IMG/VR virus record: IMGVR_UViG_3300047319_001747
Length of the DNA stretch: 64,000 nucleotides
Source of the DNA: an uncultured virus (IMG/VR IMGVR_UViG_3300047319_001747)
Lineage: Duplodnaviria > Heunggongvirae > Uroviricota > Caudoviricetes
Direction: 5' to 3' (one strand)
The position numbers and the translations under genes were made by a program. Within the stretch, counting starts at the first letter, position 1. The number at the start of each line of letters is the position of its first letter. Positions 52,062 through 62,100 of this stretch are shown here, one piece after another. The notes under the pieces are model-generated. The model was not told the DNA's origin. It ran no database searches and worked only from the letters and a program-made list of their open reading frames with translations.

Positions 52062-53296
52062 TCACGGAACGACATTGCCGCGTCTGCCAACGGTCGCTGG
52101 TGACGGCCGTCGACCTCGGCACGCTGGCGCTGTCCGGATTCCCGCGGCAGCTTGACGAGCCCGTCGTGGCGGCGCCGCTCGACCTGTGTCGCTGCCCGGC
52201 GTGCGGCCTTGTCCAGTTGCGGCACTCGGTGACGCCCGACGCGCTCTTCAAGCAGTACTGGTACAAGAGCGGCATCAACGAGACGATGCAGGCCGAGCTG
52301 GTCAACGTGGTCGCGGACGGCGTGGCGCACCTTGGGCAGCTGGAAGACGGGGACATCGTCGTCGACGTCGGGGCGAACGATGGCACGCTGCTGGAAGCCT
52401 ATGACAGTTACGGGCGCATTACGCGCCTCGCCTACGAGCCGGCGGAGAACCTGCAAGAACCGCTCAGTGCGCACAGCGACGCGCAGTACATGGAATACTT
52501 CCCCGGCGAGCATCTGCCCGAACGTGGAAGCGTTAGCCTATTGACCTCGATCGCGTGCTTCTATGCCGTCGACGACCCGATGGCGTTCGTGAGTGCCGTC
52601 AATGACGCCCTTACCTCGCATGGCATCTGGATTGTACAGTTTCAAGACCTTCATCAGATGCTGGTGGCAACTGCATTCGATGACATTTGCCATGAGCATC
52701 TATTCTATCCGAGCTTGGCTGCGATTGCTCGGATGGTAGCTCCGTTCGACCTGGCGATCATCGACGCTGAGCTGAGGTCAATCAACGGTGGCAGCCTGCG
52801 GCTGACGATTGGCCGTCGGTGGCGCCCGGTGTCGTCACGTGTCTGGGCCTTGTCGGTGGCCGAATACGGCTGTGAGCAGCCGGCGACACTGCGCGTCTTT
52901 GCCGATAAAGTCGACCTGACACGACTGACGATTCAGGAGATGGTCAAGCAGTCGGGTGTCATCGACCTCTACGGCGCGTCGACGAAAGGCAATACGCTGC
53001 TGCAGGTCTGCGGCCTTGGCCCAGGCCAGATCCGGCAGGCGTGGGAGCGCTCTCCGGAGAAGTGGGGCCGACACACGATCACCGGCATCCCCATCGTCAG
53101 CGAGGCCGACGGACGAGCGGATCCTCCGGCGATGCTGTTCGTCGGCATCTGGCAGTTCCGCGAGGCGATCATTCAGCGTGAAGCCGAGTACCTGGCGCGC
53201 GGCGGCCGACTGTTGTTTCCACTCCCGCAGGTCGAGGTGATTGATGGCGTTCGAGAGCATCTCGGTGCTCGTTCCGACACGGCAGCGATTGGATAG
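52055..53296 (+). CDS. NDP-sugar C-methyltransferase family protein
   Basis: CRVC...DLG..L...PL.L..C..CGLVQL Zn domain, Y.YKSG, DVGANDGTLL, FD.ICHEH, NGGSLR, YGASTKGNTLL, FPLP. Confidence 0.9.
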   Translation: MLITERHCRVCQRSLVTAVDLGTLALSGFPRQLDEPVVAAPLDLCRCPACGLVQLRHSVTPDALFKQYWYKSGINETMQAELVNVVADGVAHLGQLEDGDIVVDVGANDGTLLEAYDSYGRITRLAYEPAENLQEPLSAHSDAQYMEYFPGEHLPERGSVSLLTSIACFYAVDDPMAFVSAVNDALTSHGIWIVQFQDLHQMLVATAFDDICHEHLFYPSLAAIARMVAPFDLAIIDAELRSINGGSLRLTIGRRWRPVSSRVWALSVAEYGCEQPATLRVFADKVDLTRLTIQEMVKQSGVIDLYGASTKGNTLLQVCGLGPGQIRQAWERSPEKWGRHTITGIPIVSEADGRADPPAMLFVGIWQFREAIIQREAEYLARGGRLLFPLPQVEVIDGVREHLGARSDTAAIG

Positions 53297-53888
53297 GCTC
53301 CAGGTGATGCTTGAATCGTTTGAGCGCACGACGAGCGGGCAGGCTCACCTCGTGTTTCGCACGGACATCGACGACGTGCCGACGAACGACCTGTTGGCAG
53401 GCCACCCGAAGTTCGTCGCGCAGCGGCTTGGCTATGCCAACTTGCCGACGATGTACAACGAGCTATACGCCAGGTCATCAGGTGACTTGTTGATGTGCGG
53501 CAACGACGACATGGTGTTTCATACGTTCGGGTGGGATCACCACATCCTGGAGGCGGCGAACCAGTACCCGGACGGCGTGTTCGACTTCGGCGTCCACACG
53601 CACAACGAGGCGAACTTCCCGTTTGCAACGGTCTCTCGGATGGCATGCGACCGGCTGGGGTTCTTCTTCGACCCGCGCACCTTCTGGGGCGACATCTTCT
53701 GGCGCGACGTTACGTCGCACTTCGGACGCGCCATCATGCTGCCGCACGTGCACATCGATCACGACTGGGTAGGATTCAACCCGGATCAGATCTTTCTCGA
53801 CGGGGAAGGCGCGCGACGTTCGAATCACATGCAATACCACGGACAGGCCGTGGCGGAAGCCGTCAACAAGTTGAGGAGCGCAGCATGA
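53244..53888 (+). CDS. GT-A glycosyltransferase
   Basis: ISVLVPTR.R, D.DD, N......GD.L...NDDM.F.T.GWD, D.FW. Confidence 0.8.
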   Translation: MAFESISVLVPTRQRLDRLQVMLESFERTTSGQAHLVFRTDIDDVPTNDLLAGHPKFVAQRLGYANLPTMYNELYARSSGDLLMCGNDDMVFHTFGWDHHILEAANQYPDGVFDFGVHTHNEANFPFATVSRMACDRLGFFFDPRTFWGDIFWRDVTSHFGRAIMLPHVHIDHDWVGFNPDQIFLDGEGARRSNHMQYHGQAVAEAVNKLRSAA

Positions 53889-54547
53889 AGCCCATGCACG
53901 TGTGCATTCCGGTCCTGAAGCGGTACGACCTCCTTCACAACCTCTTGGAGTCGTTGCGTGCCAGTACCGTCGAACCGGCAGGCGCCTACGTCATCGACAA
54001 CGGGCGCAACGCGGTCCGCGTCAACGCAGCGGTCAGCGACTGTCAGTTCCCGGTCATCGTGTGGACGCCCGAAGAGCCGATGGGCATCGCCGAGAGCTGG
54101 AACTGGTTCCTCGACCACGTGCCCGAGGAGCGCATCATCACGAACGACGACGTGGTCTTCGGGCCACAGACGCTGGCGAAGTTTGCCGCGACGGAGAAGG
54201 ACATTGTGTGGGCGGCCGAGGCGGGCTTCTCGTGCTTCATCATTCGCGACAGCTGCGTAAAGAAGATTGGGCTATTCGATGAGTCGATCTCACCGGGGTA
54301 TGGCTATTGGGAAGATGAAGATTACGCCATGCGCCTTAACCGCAAAGGCAAGGGACCAGAGTTTGCGTCGTGTGGTGACGTCGTTTGTGGGGTGGAACAT
54401 TTGCATAGTAAGACGCTTGAAGTGGCAACGCCGGTGGAGATGGAGGAGCATCACCGTCGGTTCTGGATCGCGCAGCACAACTACATCGAGAAGTGGGGGC
54501 TGCAAAGGGAGTACGCGAAAGGACTCGTAGAAGGGATGGTCAAGTGA
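53885..54547 (+). CDS. GT2-like glycosyltransferase
   Basis: IPVL.RYDLL, VIDNG, G.A.SWN, NDDV.F, IGLFDE...Y.ED.DY..R; GAGGAG SD. Confidence 0.85.
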   Translation: MKPMHVCIPVLKRYDLLHNLLESLRASTVEPAGAYVIDNGRNAVRVNAAVSDCQFPVIVWTPEEPMGIAESWNWFLDHVPEERIITNDDVVFGPQTLAKFAATEKDIVWAAEAGFSCFIIRDSCVKKIGLFDESISPGYGYWEDEDYAMRLNRKGKGPEFASCGDVVCGVEHLHSKTLEVATPVEMEEHHRRFWIAQHNYIEKWGLQREYAKGLVEGMVK

Positions 54548-54771
54548 CTTTACAAGTAGCTCGCATGCTCGCCGAATCACTTGCCATGCAACTAGCGACA
54601 TGCCCTCAGCAGTTGTGCGATGATGCCTTTCGAGAAGGCATGCATCCCCGACTGGTGGCGGGCCTGCGTGCGGCGCGAAATGCATTCACGGAATACGTTG
54701 GGGAAAATGATGCAGAGGAGCTCATGAAATCAATTCACGAAGAAGTGGCAGCGGGGTTGAAGGAGTTATGA
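54544..54771 (+). CDS. Small hypothetical protein, lower GC
   Basis: 4-bp overlaps at both ends. Confidence 0.45.
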   Translation: MTLQVARMLAESLAMQLATCPQQLCDDAFREGMHPRLVAGLRAARNAFTEYVGENDAEELMKSIHEEVAAGLKEL

Positions 54772-55298
54772 TCACGTTCCTCGTTCCGACGATCGGCCGC
54801 AAGTCGTTGATCGATACGCTGCGCTCCATCGAGACGCTGCCAGGCGACGAGATCCTCGTCGTCGGCGGCAGCAACCCGGTCTGCTCCGACCCGCGCGTGC
54901 GCTGCATCCCCTGCAAGCCAGGAGGCGACTGGGGACACACCGAACGCAACTACGCGACGCCGATGGCGAAGGGCCAGTACATCGCGCACATCGACGATGA
55001 CGACATCTATGCGCCGGGGCACCGCGCGCTGATGCAAGACGCTATCCAACGGGCGCCAGGTCAGCCGGTGCTGTTCCGGATGCAGTATCCAAGTGGGGCA
55101 ACATTGTGGCAAGAAAAAGTCCTTCGGTGTGGGAATGTTGGGACGCCGATGTTCTTGATCCCGAACCAACCCGAGAAGCTTGGAACGTGGAGATCGTTCG
55201 TCGGAGGTGACTTCGTCTTCCTTGAAGAGTCGAAGTGGGCGCCGGAGGAGTTCGTGTGGCGCGAAGAAGTCGTCGCGCTGCTGGGGCATAACGTATGA
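54768..55298 (+). CDS. GT2-like glycosyltransferase
   Basis: ITFLVPTIGR..L...L.S, G..ERN.A...AKG.YI..IDDDD, GDF.F. Confidence 0.85.
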   Translation: MITFLVPTIGRKSLIDTLRSIETLPGDEILVVGGSNPVCSDPRVRCIPCKPGGDWGHTERNYATPMAKGQYIAHIDDDDIYAPGHRALMQDAIQRAPGQPVLFRMQYPSGATLWQEKVLRCGNVGTPMFLIPNQPEKLGTWRSFVGGDFVFLEESKWAPEEFVWREEVVALLGHNV

Positions 55299-55528
55299 TC
55301 ATCGGCTTCAATGAACCAGCGCCGATCGGTACCATCACGCGCATCGACATCATCAAGGGTGAGGAGTACTACACAGATGTGCCTGTCATGGTCATGCGAG
55401 CAGCGACTGCTGAAGAGTGGCTCGCCGATGCAGTGGACCGCTATGGCGAGAAGGAGGGGAGAGCTATCCTAGCAGAACGACTGGCTCAGTTTCCGAATGC
55501 CGTGTTTTACGACGTGAGCATTGATTAG
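55295..55528 (+). CDS. Small hypothetical protein
   Basis: 77 aa, ATGA-coupled. Confidence 0.5.
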   Translation: MIIGFNEPAPIGTITRIDIIKGEEYYTDVPVMVMRAATAEEWLADAVDRYGEKEGRAILAERLAQFPNAVFYDVSID

Positions 55529-55538
55529 CGTGGGGCTA

Positions 55539-56750
55539 ATGACTATGAAAAATCTCCTCTGGATCGGCGACGCAGGCGTTCCCAGCGGGTTCGCGCTCGC
55601 GACGCACAAGACCCTCGACGTACTGAGGGAGCACTACAACGTGACGGTGCTGGGCATCAACTACCGTGGCGACCCGCACACGTATCCCTATCCCATCTAC
55701 GCGGCGGCGACCGAGGGCGATTCGGTCGGCTACGGGCGGATCATTTGGATGTGTGACGTCGTGAAGCCAGACGTCATCGTGCTGCAGAACGACCCCTGGC
55801 TGATTCCGGGGTATCTGCAGCGACTGCGTCAGTTCCCCGAGTTCCGCAACATCCCGGTCGTCGCGTCGATTCCGGTCGACGGCAAGAACCAGAACGGCAC
55901 GCAGCACCTCAACGGCCTCGCGATGGCCATCTTCTGGACCGACTTCGGGCTGAAGGAGGCGCGGCGAGGCGGCTACACGGGACCGGCGGTGGTCATCCCG
56001 CTCGGCGTGGACCTCGACACCTACTACCCGGTCGACAAGCGCGAGGCGCGGCTGGCGCGCAAGCTCGACTTCGTGGTCGACAAGTTCATCGTCGGCAACG
56101 TCAACCGCAACCAGCCGCGCAAGCGGTGGGACCTGACGATCAAGTACTTCGCCGAGTGGACGAAGGCCGAGAAGATCTTCGACGCGCACCTCTACCTCCA
56201 CACGGCGCCGACGGGCGACGTTGGCTGTGACGTCAAGCAGCTGATGAAATACTATGGCGTCTACGACCGCCTGATCCACCGGGAACCGGCCATCTGGTAT
56301 GGCGACGAAGACACCATGATGGCCGTAACCTACAACTGCTTTGACGTTCAGGTCTCGACGACGCAGGGCGAGGGCTTCGGCCTGACAACGTTCGAGGGGA
56401 TGGCCTGCGCCGTGCCGCAGATCGTGCCTGACTGGGCGGCACTCGGCGAGCTGACGCCCGGCGCGGCGGCCCTTGTCCCGTGCCTGTCGACGGCCATCGG
56501 CTGGCCGTATCTGAACGTCATCGGCGGTATCCCGGACCAGGAACTGTTCACGCGGCAGCTCAGCCAGATGTACCACGACAAGGAGTACCGTGCCGAGGTC
56601 GGCCGTCGCGGCTTCCACCGGGCCAACGAGGACCGGTTCCGGTGGTCCAATATCGGCCGTCGGTGGCTGGACGTGCTGGCGGGTGTCGAGCAGAAGCACA
56701 ACGAGATCACGTGGCAGGACCTCGGGCGACCCGAGGAGGTGACAACGTGA
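55539..56750 (+). CDS. GT4 (GT-B fold) glycosyltransferase
   Basis: SGFA, PD.....ND, VIP.GVD...YYP, VNRNQPRKR, YN.FD..VST..GEGFGL..FE.MAC..PQI. Confidence 0.9.
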   Translation: MTMKNLLWIGDAGVPSGFALATHKTLDVLREHYNVTVLGINYRGDPHTYPYPIYAAATEGDSVGYGRIIWMCDVVKPDVIVLQNDPWLIPGYLQRLRQFPEFRNIPVVASIPVDGKNQNGTQHLNGLAMAIFWTDFGLKEARRGGYTGPAVVIPLGVDLDTYYPVDKREARLARKLDFVVDKFIVGNVNRNQPRKRWDLTIKYFAEWTKAEKIFDAHLYLHTAPTGDVGCDVKQLMKYYGVYDRLIHREPAIWYGDEDTMMAVTYNCFDVQVSTTQGEGFGLTTFEGMACAVPQIVPDWAALGELTPGAAALVPCLSTAIGWPYLNVIGGIPDQELFTRQLSQMYHDKEYRAEVGRRGFHRANEDRFRWSNIGRRWLDVLAGVEQKHNEITWQDLGRPEEVTT

Positions 56751-57169
56751 AGGGCACCGCCGAGATGCTGGCCAAACTCAAGAAGGTCACGGCGATCTTC
56801 CCCGAGCGCGTCGGCGCGTCCCTGTACAAGCGCGGGCAGATCATCATGACGGCGAGCAAGCGGCTGTGCCCCGTGGCGCCGGACGGTGGCACGCTGCGTG
56901 CGTCGGGGATGGTCCATCCGCCAGAACGGGTGCGGAATACCATCTCGGTGACGCTCTCCTACGGGGGCGCGGCCGAAGCGTATGCCATTGCCGTGCACGA
57001 GCACCTTTCGGAGCACTCGCCGCCGTCGTGGCGGAACCATCCGAACGACATTCACTGGAACGTGCCTGGCACCGGGCCGAAGTTCCTGGAACGTCCGATC
57101 AACGAGGCGCAGTCGACGCTGGCGCACGACGTCGCGTCCGACATCCACTTGGAAGGGTTGAGGCTCTGA
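56747..57169 (+). CDS. Tail completion/neck protein (HK97 gp10-like)
   Basis: SK.L.PV..GTLRAS, YA..VHE, G.KFLE.P; GGAGG SD before GTG. Confidence 0.8.
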   Translation: MKGTAEMLAKLKKVTAIFPERVGASLYKRGQIIMTASKRLCPVAPDGGTLRASGMVHPPERVRNTISVTLSYGGAAEAYAIAVHEHLSEHSPPSWRNHPNDIHWNVPGTGPKFLERPINEAQSTLAHDVASDIHLEGLRL

Positions 57170-57366
57170 TGGCACAAATCATGGGTACGCTGAACCTCTA
57201 CAATGCGCTCAAGGCCGAAGGCTTCGAGTTGCCCAAGAACTGCGGCGACGTCCAATTGGAAATGCCTGTCGATGGCGTATTTGTGATGGTCTATCGCGTG
57301 ATGCTAGATCAGGAAGACTTGATGAAACTTGGGCGGGCGTTGGCGCGCATGGGTGAAAAGGTCTGA
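57169..57366 (+). CDS. Small hypothetical protein
   Basis: 65 aa, TGATG-coupled at both ends. Confidence 0.5.
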   Translation: MAQIMGTLNLYNALKAEGFELPKNCGDVQLEMPVDGVFVMVYRVMLDQEDLMKLGRALARMGEKV

Positions 57367-57770
57367 TGCCATTCCTTGACGACATCGCGGCGCGGCTCGT
57401 CGCCGCTGGCGTCGGTACGAAGGGTTCGAACATCTTCCTCGGGTCCAATGCCGTCATCCCAGACGGTGCCGGTCCGTTCCTGACGGTCACCGAGACCGGT
57501 GGCATGGCGCCGACGCGCATCCAGAACAAGGCGAGCGCCGCGACGCAGCGGCCGACGGCGCAGGTCGCCGTGCGCGCGGCGACGTATCCGCCCGCCCGCA
57601 CGATGGCGACGGCGGCGTACGCGGCACTCGACGGCATCTACAATACGACACTAGGCAGTACATTCTATCAGGTCGTGCGAGCACGGCAAGAACCGACAGA
57701 CATCGGGTTAGACGGCGTGGGGCGCCCTGTTATCGTGTTCAATATCGAAGCGGAAAAGGAGCCATCGTGA
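57366..57770 (+). CDS. Tail terminator
   Basis: IA..L...G.G...IF.G...PD...ETGG..P...P..QV.VR...Q.P..IG.D..GRP...FN. Confidence 0.8.
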   Translation: MPFLDDIAARLVAAGVGTKGSNIFLGSNAVIPDGAGPFLTVTETGGMAPTRIQNKASAATQRPTAQVAVRAATYPPARTMATAAYAALDGIYNTTLGSTFYQVVRARQEPTDIGLDGVGRPVIVFNIEAEKEPS

Positions 57771-57831
57771 CTGCCTAGCAGATCAAGCACAATGTCGTGC
57801 TTCGGCTCCCTCTTATACAGGAGTGTGACCC

Positions 57832-58335
57832 ATGAGAAGCGTCAGTAAGTTCTTGTTCCCCGTTCAGCATCTCCTCGAATCAACGCCAGAAGGCGTCTTC
57901 GAGGCCATCAGTGGACACGGAACAAAAGTCGCCCGCGCGCCCGCCGCGACTCCCACGGTCTTCACCGACATCGCCGAGATGAAGGACGTCGCACCGCCAG
58001 AACTCAGCCGCAACGAGTTCGACGCGACGACCCAGAACCTCAACATCGACACCTACGTGGTCGGCGTGCTGCGCCGCACGGGGTTCACGATGGAACTGAA
58101 CTTCCTCGACACCGACGCGTCGCACGACCACATCACGGGTCTGCTCAAGGCTACGATCACTGAGCCGCCGCCGGTAGACGGCTATCGGTTGACGTTTCCG
58201 AGCGGCGTCGTCTGGGTGATGTCGGGTCAGGTCTCGAAGTTTGCGCCGAAGTATCCCGTCGATGGATTGCAGGCTGCTTCGGTCACGATTCGACCGACGG
58301 GCCGCATGACCATCAACGGCATCATCATCGGCTAG
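57832..58335 (+). CDS. Major tail tube protein
   Basis: AISGHGT, F..IAE..D..PP.LSR...D.T, LNF, Y.L.FP, G.V..F.P..PVDG...ASVTI.PTG. Confidence 0.85.
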   Translation: MRSVSKFLFPVQHLLESTPEGVFEAISGHGTKVARAPAATPTVFTDIAEMKDVAPPELSRNEFDATTQNLNIDTYVVGVLRRTGFTMELNFLDTDASHDHITGLLKATITEPPPVDGYRLTFPSGVVWVMSGQVSKFAPKYPVDGLQAASVTIRPTGRMTINGIIIG

Positions 58336-58340
58336 GTCTG

Positions 58341-58428
58341 CCCCACGCAGCGTCACTCCCTCTCTGCCGGTCTTAGAGAGGTGGCGTAATTGGAGACCGG
58401 CACCAACTCGTATGCGTGGGGAGAGTGA
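58341..58428 (+). promoter_or_regulatory. Structured RNA element between the tail tube and chaperone genes
   Basis: Stems 58341-58349/58413-58421, 58365-58373/58394-58402, 58359-58365/58375-58381 and 58353-58358/58423-58428. Confidence 0.5.
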
Positions 58429-58431
58429 GTT

Positions 58432-58806
58432 ATGAGCAACGAACGAATCTTGACGATCGACGAAATGCTGGCGGCGGATGACGTTGAGTACACGAACATC
58501 AAGACGTGGAAGGTCAAGGACCCGAAGACGGGCGAGATGGTCCAAGGCTACGTCCGCATCGTCTCGCTGACCGCCGAGGACGTCATCAAGTGGCGTGAGT
58601 CGAGCGAAGGCGAGGCGAAGCGTACGATGGGCATCCGGCTGCTCGTCGACAGCCTCGTCGATGAGCACGGGACGCACATCGGCTCGCCGAAGTATTACGA
58701 GATGTTCAAGAAGAAGAGCAACGCCGTCATGGAGCGAATCCTGGCCGAGGTGATCCAGCTGAACGGCATGACGGTGAAGGCGGAGGAGAAAACAAAAAAC
58801 GCCTGA
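58432..58806 (+). CDS. Tail assembly chaperone (gpG-like)
   Basis: Between tail tube and tape measure; ends ...EEKTKNA over the slippery site. Confidence 0.82.
   Translation: MSNERILTIDEMLAADDVEYTNIKTWKVKDPKTGEMVQGYVRIVSLTAEDVIKWRESSEGEAKRTMGIRLLVDSLVDEHGTHIGSPKYYEMFKKKSNAVMERILAEVIQLNGMTVKAEEKTKNA
58794..58800 (+). other. Programmed -1 frameshift site A AAA AAC
   Basis: X XXY YYZ heptamer in the correct phase; the -1 frame is open into the 58839-59147 ORF. Confidence 0.8.
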
Positions 58807-59147
58807 CGCGAAGCCCGAGCAGGCGCTTCGCCTATCAGATGGCCGTGAAGCTCGGGAGGGTCAACGTCGACGCGATGCTTCGGAGCATCACGGCCAAGCA
58901 GTTTCAGGAGTGGGAAGCCTATGCGAAGCTGGAACCGTTCAACGAGCTGCGCGACGACTACCGGTTCGCGAGCATCGTGGCGATGATCTTCAACATGGCG
59001 GTGGCGGTGAAGGACAGGAAGACGCTGGCGGAGTTCGTGTTGCCGTTCGGCGAGCAGCCGGAGCCGCCGCCGAAGAAGCCGGAAGAGCTGGAGTTCTGGG
59101 CCAAGATGATCGCGCTGGCATACTCGGTCGATGCAAAGGACGCCTAG
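58794..59147 (+). CDS. Tail assembly chaperone gpGT-like frameshifted extension
   Basis: R.FAY..A..LG...V..ML..IT...F.EW.AY..LEPF...R.DYR.A.I. Confidence 0.8.
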   Translation, partial: KKRLTRSPSRRFAYQMAVKLGRVNVDAMLRSITAKQFQEWEAYAKLEPFNELRDDYRFASIVAMIFNMAVAVKDRKTLAEFVLPFGEQPEPPPKKPEELEFWAKMIALAYSVDAKDA

Positions 59148-62100
59148 ATGGAAATAGGGTCGCTGACAGGCGAGATTACCCTCGAAGACAAGGCGACAGA
59201 GGTCATCCTTCAGTTCTCGGACAAGGTCAAGAAGTTCGCCGAGGAGATGGAAGGTGTGTCCGGTGCCATCGCCATCGGCTTCGGCGTCGTCACGGCCGCC
59301 GTCCTCGCGACGTCGGCGAGCATCGTGGCGCTCGGCGAGAAGGGGTCGACGCTGCTCGGCGTTGAGACGGCGTTCGACCACCTAGCCGAAGCGGCCGGGA
59401 CGACGGGTGACAACCTGCGCGGCGCGCTGTCCGAAGGGCTGAAGGGCACCGTCGACGACATGGACGCCATGCAGTCCGTGCAACGTCTGCTCGTATCAGG
59501 GTTCAAGCTCACCGACGAACAGGCCACGACCCTCGCGCAGACGGCGCGCGAGCTTGGGAAGGCGTTCGGCAAGGATGCGGCCGAAGAGTTAGACATCCTG
59601 AGCACGTCGCTGGCCACCGGGAGGACGCGGGCGCTGACGATGCAGGGCGTCGTCATCGACGTGAAGAAGGGTGAAGAGGAGTTCGCCAAGTCCATCGGAA
59701 CGACTGTCGATCAGCTGAACGCCGAGGGCCTGCTCGAGGGCAAGCGCATCGCCATCATGGAAGGCGTCAAGGGCAAGCGTGACGCCCTTGGCATCTCCGA
59801 ACTCAGCTTCAAGGAGATGGTGCAGAATACGAACGTCGCCCTCGAAGAGTGGGGCGAGAAGCTGGCCAAGTCCGTCGCGTCATCACCTGACGTGCTGAGG
59901 GCGTACGAGACGATGAGGGACGCGGTCATCAAGACGTTCGGCGGCGACTCTCAGGACCTGATGGCGACGATGACCGGGTGGATCAACGCCTTCGCCAAGA
60001 GCGTCACGGAGCACGGGCCGGCCATCGTCAGTACGCTGGGCAACGTGGTCGACGGTATCAAGGGCATTTACGATTTCCTGTTGGAGCACGAGGACGACAT
60101 CAAGACCCTCGCCGTCGGCGTTGCCGCGTATACCGCTGCATGGGCGGCGCTTGAAATCGGTGGGACGATCGTCACCGGCGTCATTGCCGGCATCAAGGCG
60201 ATCACGCTCGCGGCGGAGATACTGGAGGCTGGGTCGTTGGTCGGCCTCATCACGCCAATCGGCCTCGTCGCGGCTGCTGTGGCCGGCCTCGCCATCGCCG
60301 TCTACAAGTTCAACCAGGAGATGAAGAACATCCAGAAGCCCAGCACCACGGGCGACCTGCTCGCCAGCCTCAAGACGGAGGCGGGCGCGAAGGCGATGAC
60401 CATCGACGAGTTCAACGCGAAGCTGGCCGCGAAGCCGCAGCTGGAAGCTGGAAAGACACTCACGATTCCTGGCATCATGGCGCCTGGCGCTGGACTTCCA
60501 GATAACGCGCAGTATGTCAAGGACCAGGCCGAGAAGATCGAGAAGGCCACGACCGACAGCATCGCAAAGACGGAAGGCCTCTGGGACCAGTACTTCATCA
60601 CCATCGACAAGATGAGCGGCGACACGGTGGGCGCGCAGATCGGGGCGATCGACCGCAAGCGAGAGGCTGAGATCGCCTCGCTCGACAAGACGAAGAAGTA
60701 CAACCAGGACTATCAGAATCAGCTGCAGGCGATCGAGGCCGTGGCGGCGGTCAACCGTGCTGCCATCTTTGAGGACTTGTATAGGAAGGACGTGGCAGCT
60801 GCGGATCAAGCGGTGAAGGACCGCTTGCAGCTGGCCTATGACGAGGGAATAAAAGAAGCCGACCTACGGAAGTCTGGAAGCGATAAAGTCATCGATGCAT
60901 GGAAGAAGACCCAAGACGATTTGGTAGCGATCAATGCCACGGGGCTGGACAAACAGCTGCTCAACATCAACAAATCGGCCGACGACCAGATCGCCGTCAT
61001 CAAGGAGATGACGGACAAGGAACCAGGATATACGCAGGCGGCGGTCGACAACGTGAACGCCATTCGGCAGCAGCAGATTGATGCCCTGTACGTCGACAAC
61101 GCCGCGCTCCAGGACAACTCGGCCGAGACGCTCCAGGCCATCGCCGACAAGGCGTACACCACGTACCTGGCGATGGCGGCAGCTGGCGGCGAGTACTCCG
61201 AGGTGACGATCAAGCACTTCAAGGAGGTCGCCGACGCGGCGCAGCGCACGGCCAGCGGCATCGGGAAGAGCCTCGGGTCGGACCTGTTCGACGCCCTGAA
61301 GGGCGTCCCGCAGACCCTCGCCGATGCCTTCAAGGGCGGCGGCAGCCTGCTCGGCGCCGCTGAGTCACTCGGCTCGCAGTTTGGCGCCATCTTCGGCAAG
61401 CACATCGGCACCGCCATCGGCGGCGCGCTCTCGATCGCTGGTCCCATCGGCGCGGCCATCGGCTCGCTCGTCGGCCCGCTCATCGACATGTTCGCAAAGC
61501 TCGGCGGCCCGTCGAAGGACGAGCTGGCCGCTCGCTCCACCTTCGCCGACTTCCAGAAGCAGTTCGGCACGCTGCCGCAAACGATCGACAAGGTTGGCGC
61601 CGCGTACGCCCGCATGGGCCTCACGGGGACCGACGCGCAGCGCGACCTGCAGCGCGCGCTCGACGCCACGCACGTGAGCGCGGCGGCCGAGGCGTCGGCC
61701 CTCGACACCATCAACCTCGTACTCGAGGCCGACAAGCAGCGGACGGCGGACCTGGCCTCGGCCACGCAGGACGTCATCACGGCCGGGCAGGGGTTCTCCG
61801 GGCCGCTGCCCGACGCCATCAAGGTGACCATCGACCAGATCATGAACGCCTCCGGCGCCACCGACGCGATGAAGGCGGCGCTCCAAGGCGTGCTCGACAA
61901 GGCGAAGCCCGACTACGAGCAGCTCACGAAGCTGGCCGAGACCTACGGCCTCTCGCTCCAGGACCTCGGGCCGAAGTTCGAGCAGGCGAACGTCGAGGGG
62001 CGCGCGAAGAAGATCTTCGACGACTTCACGGCCCTCACGCAGGCGGGCGGCGACGTCGGCGGCGTGCTGAGCCACATGAAGGACCAGATCAGCGGCCTGG

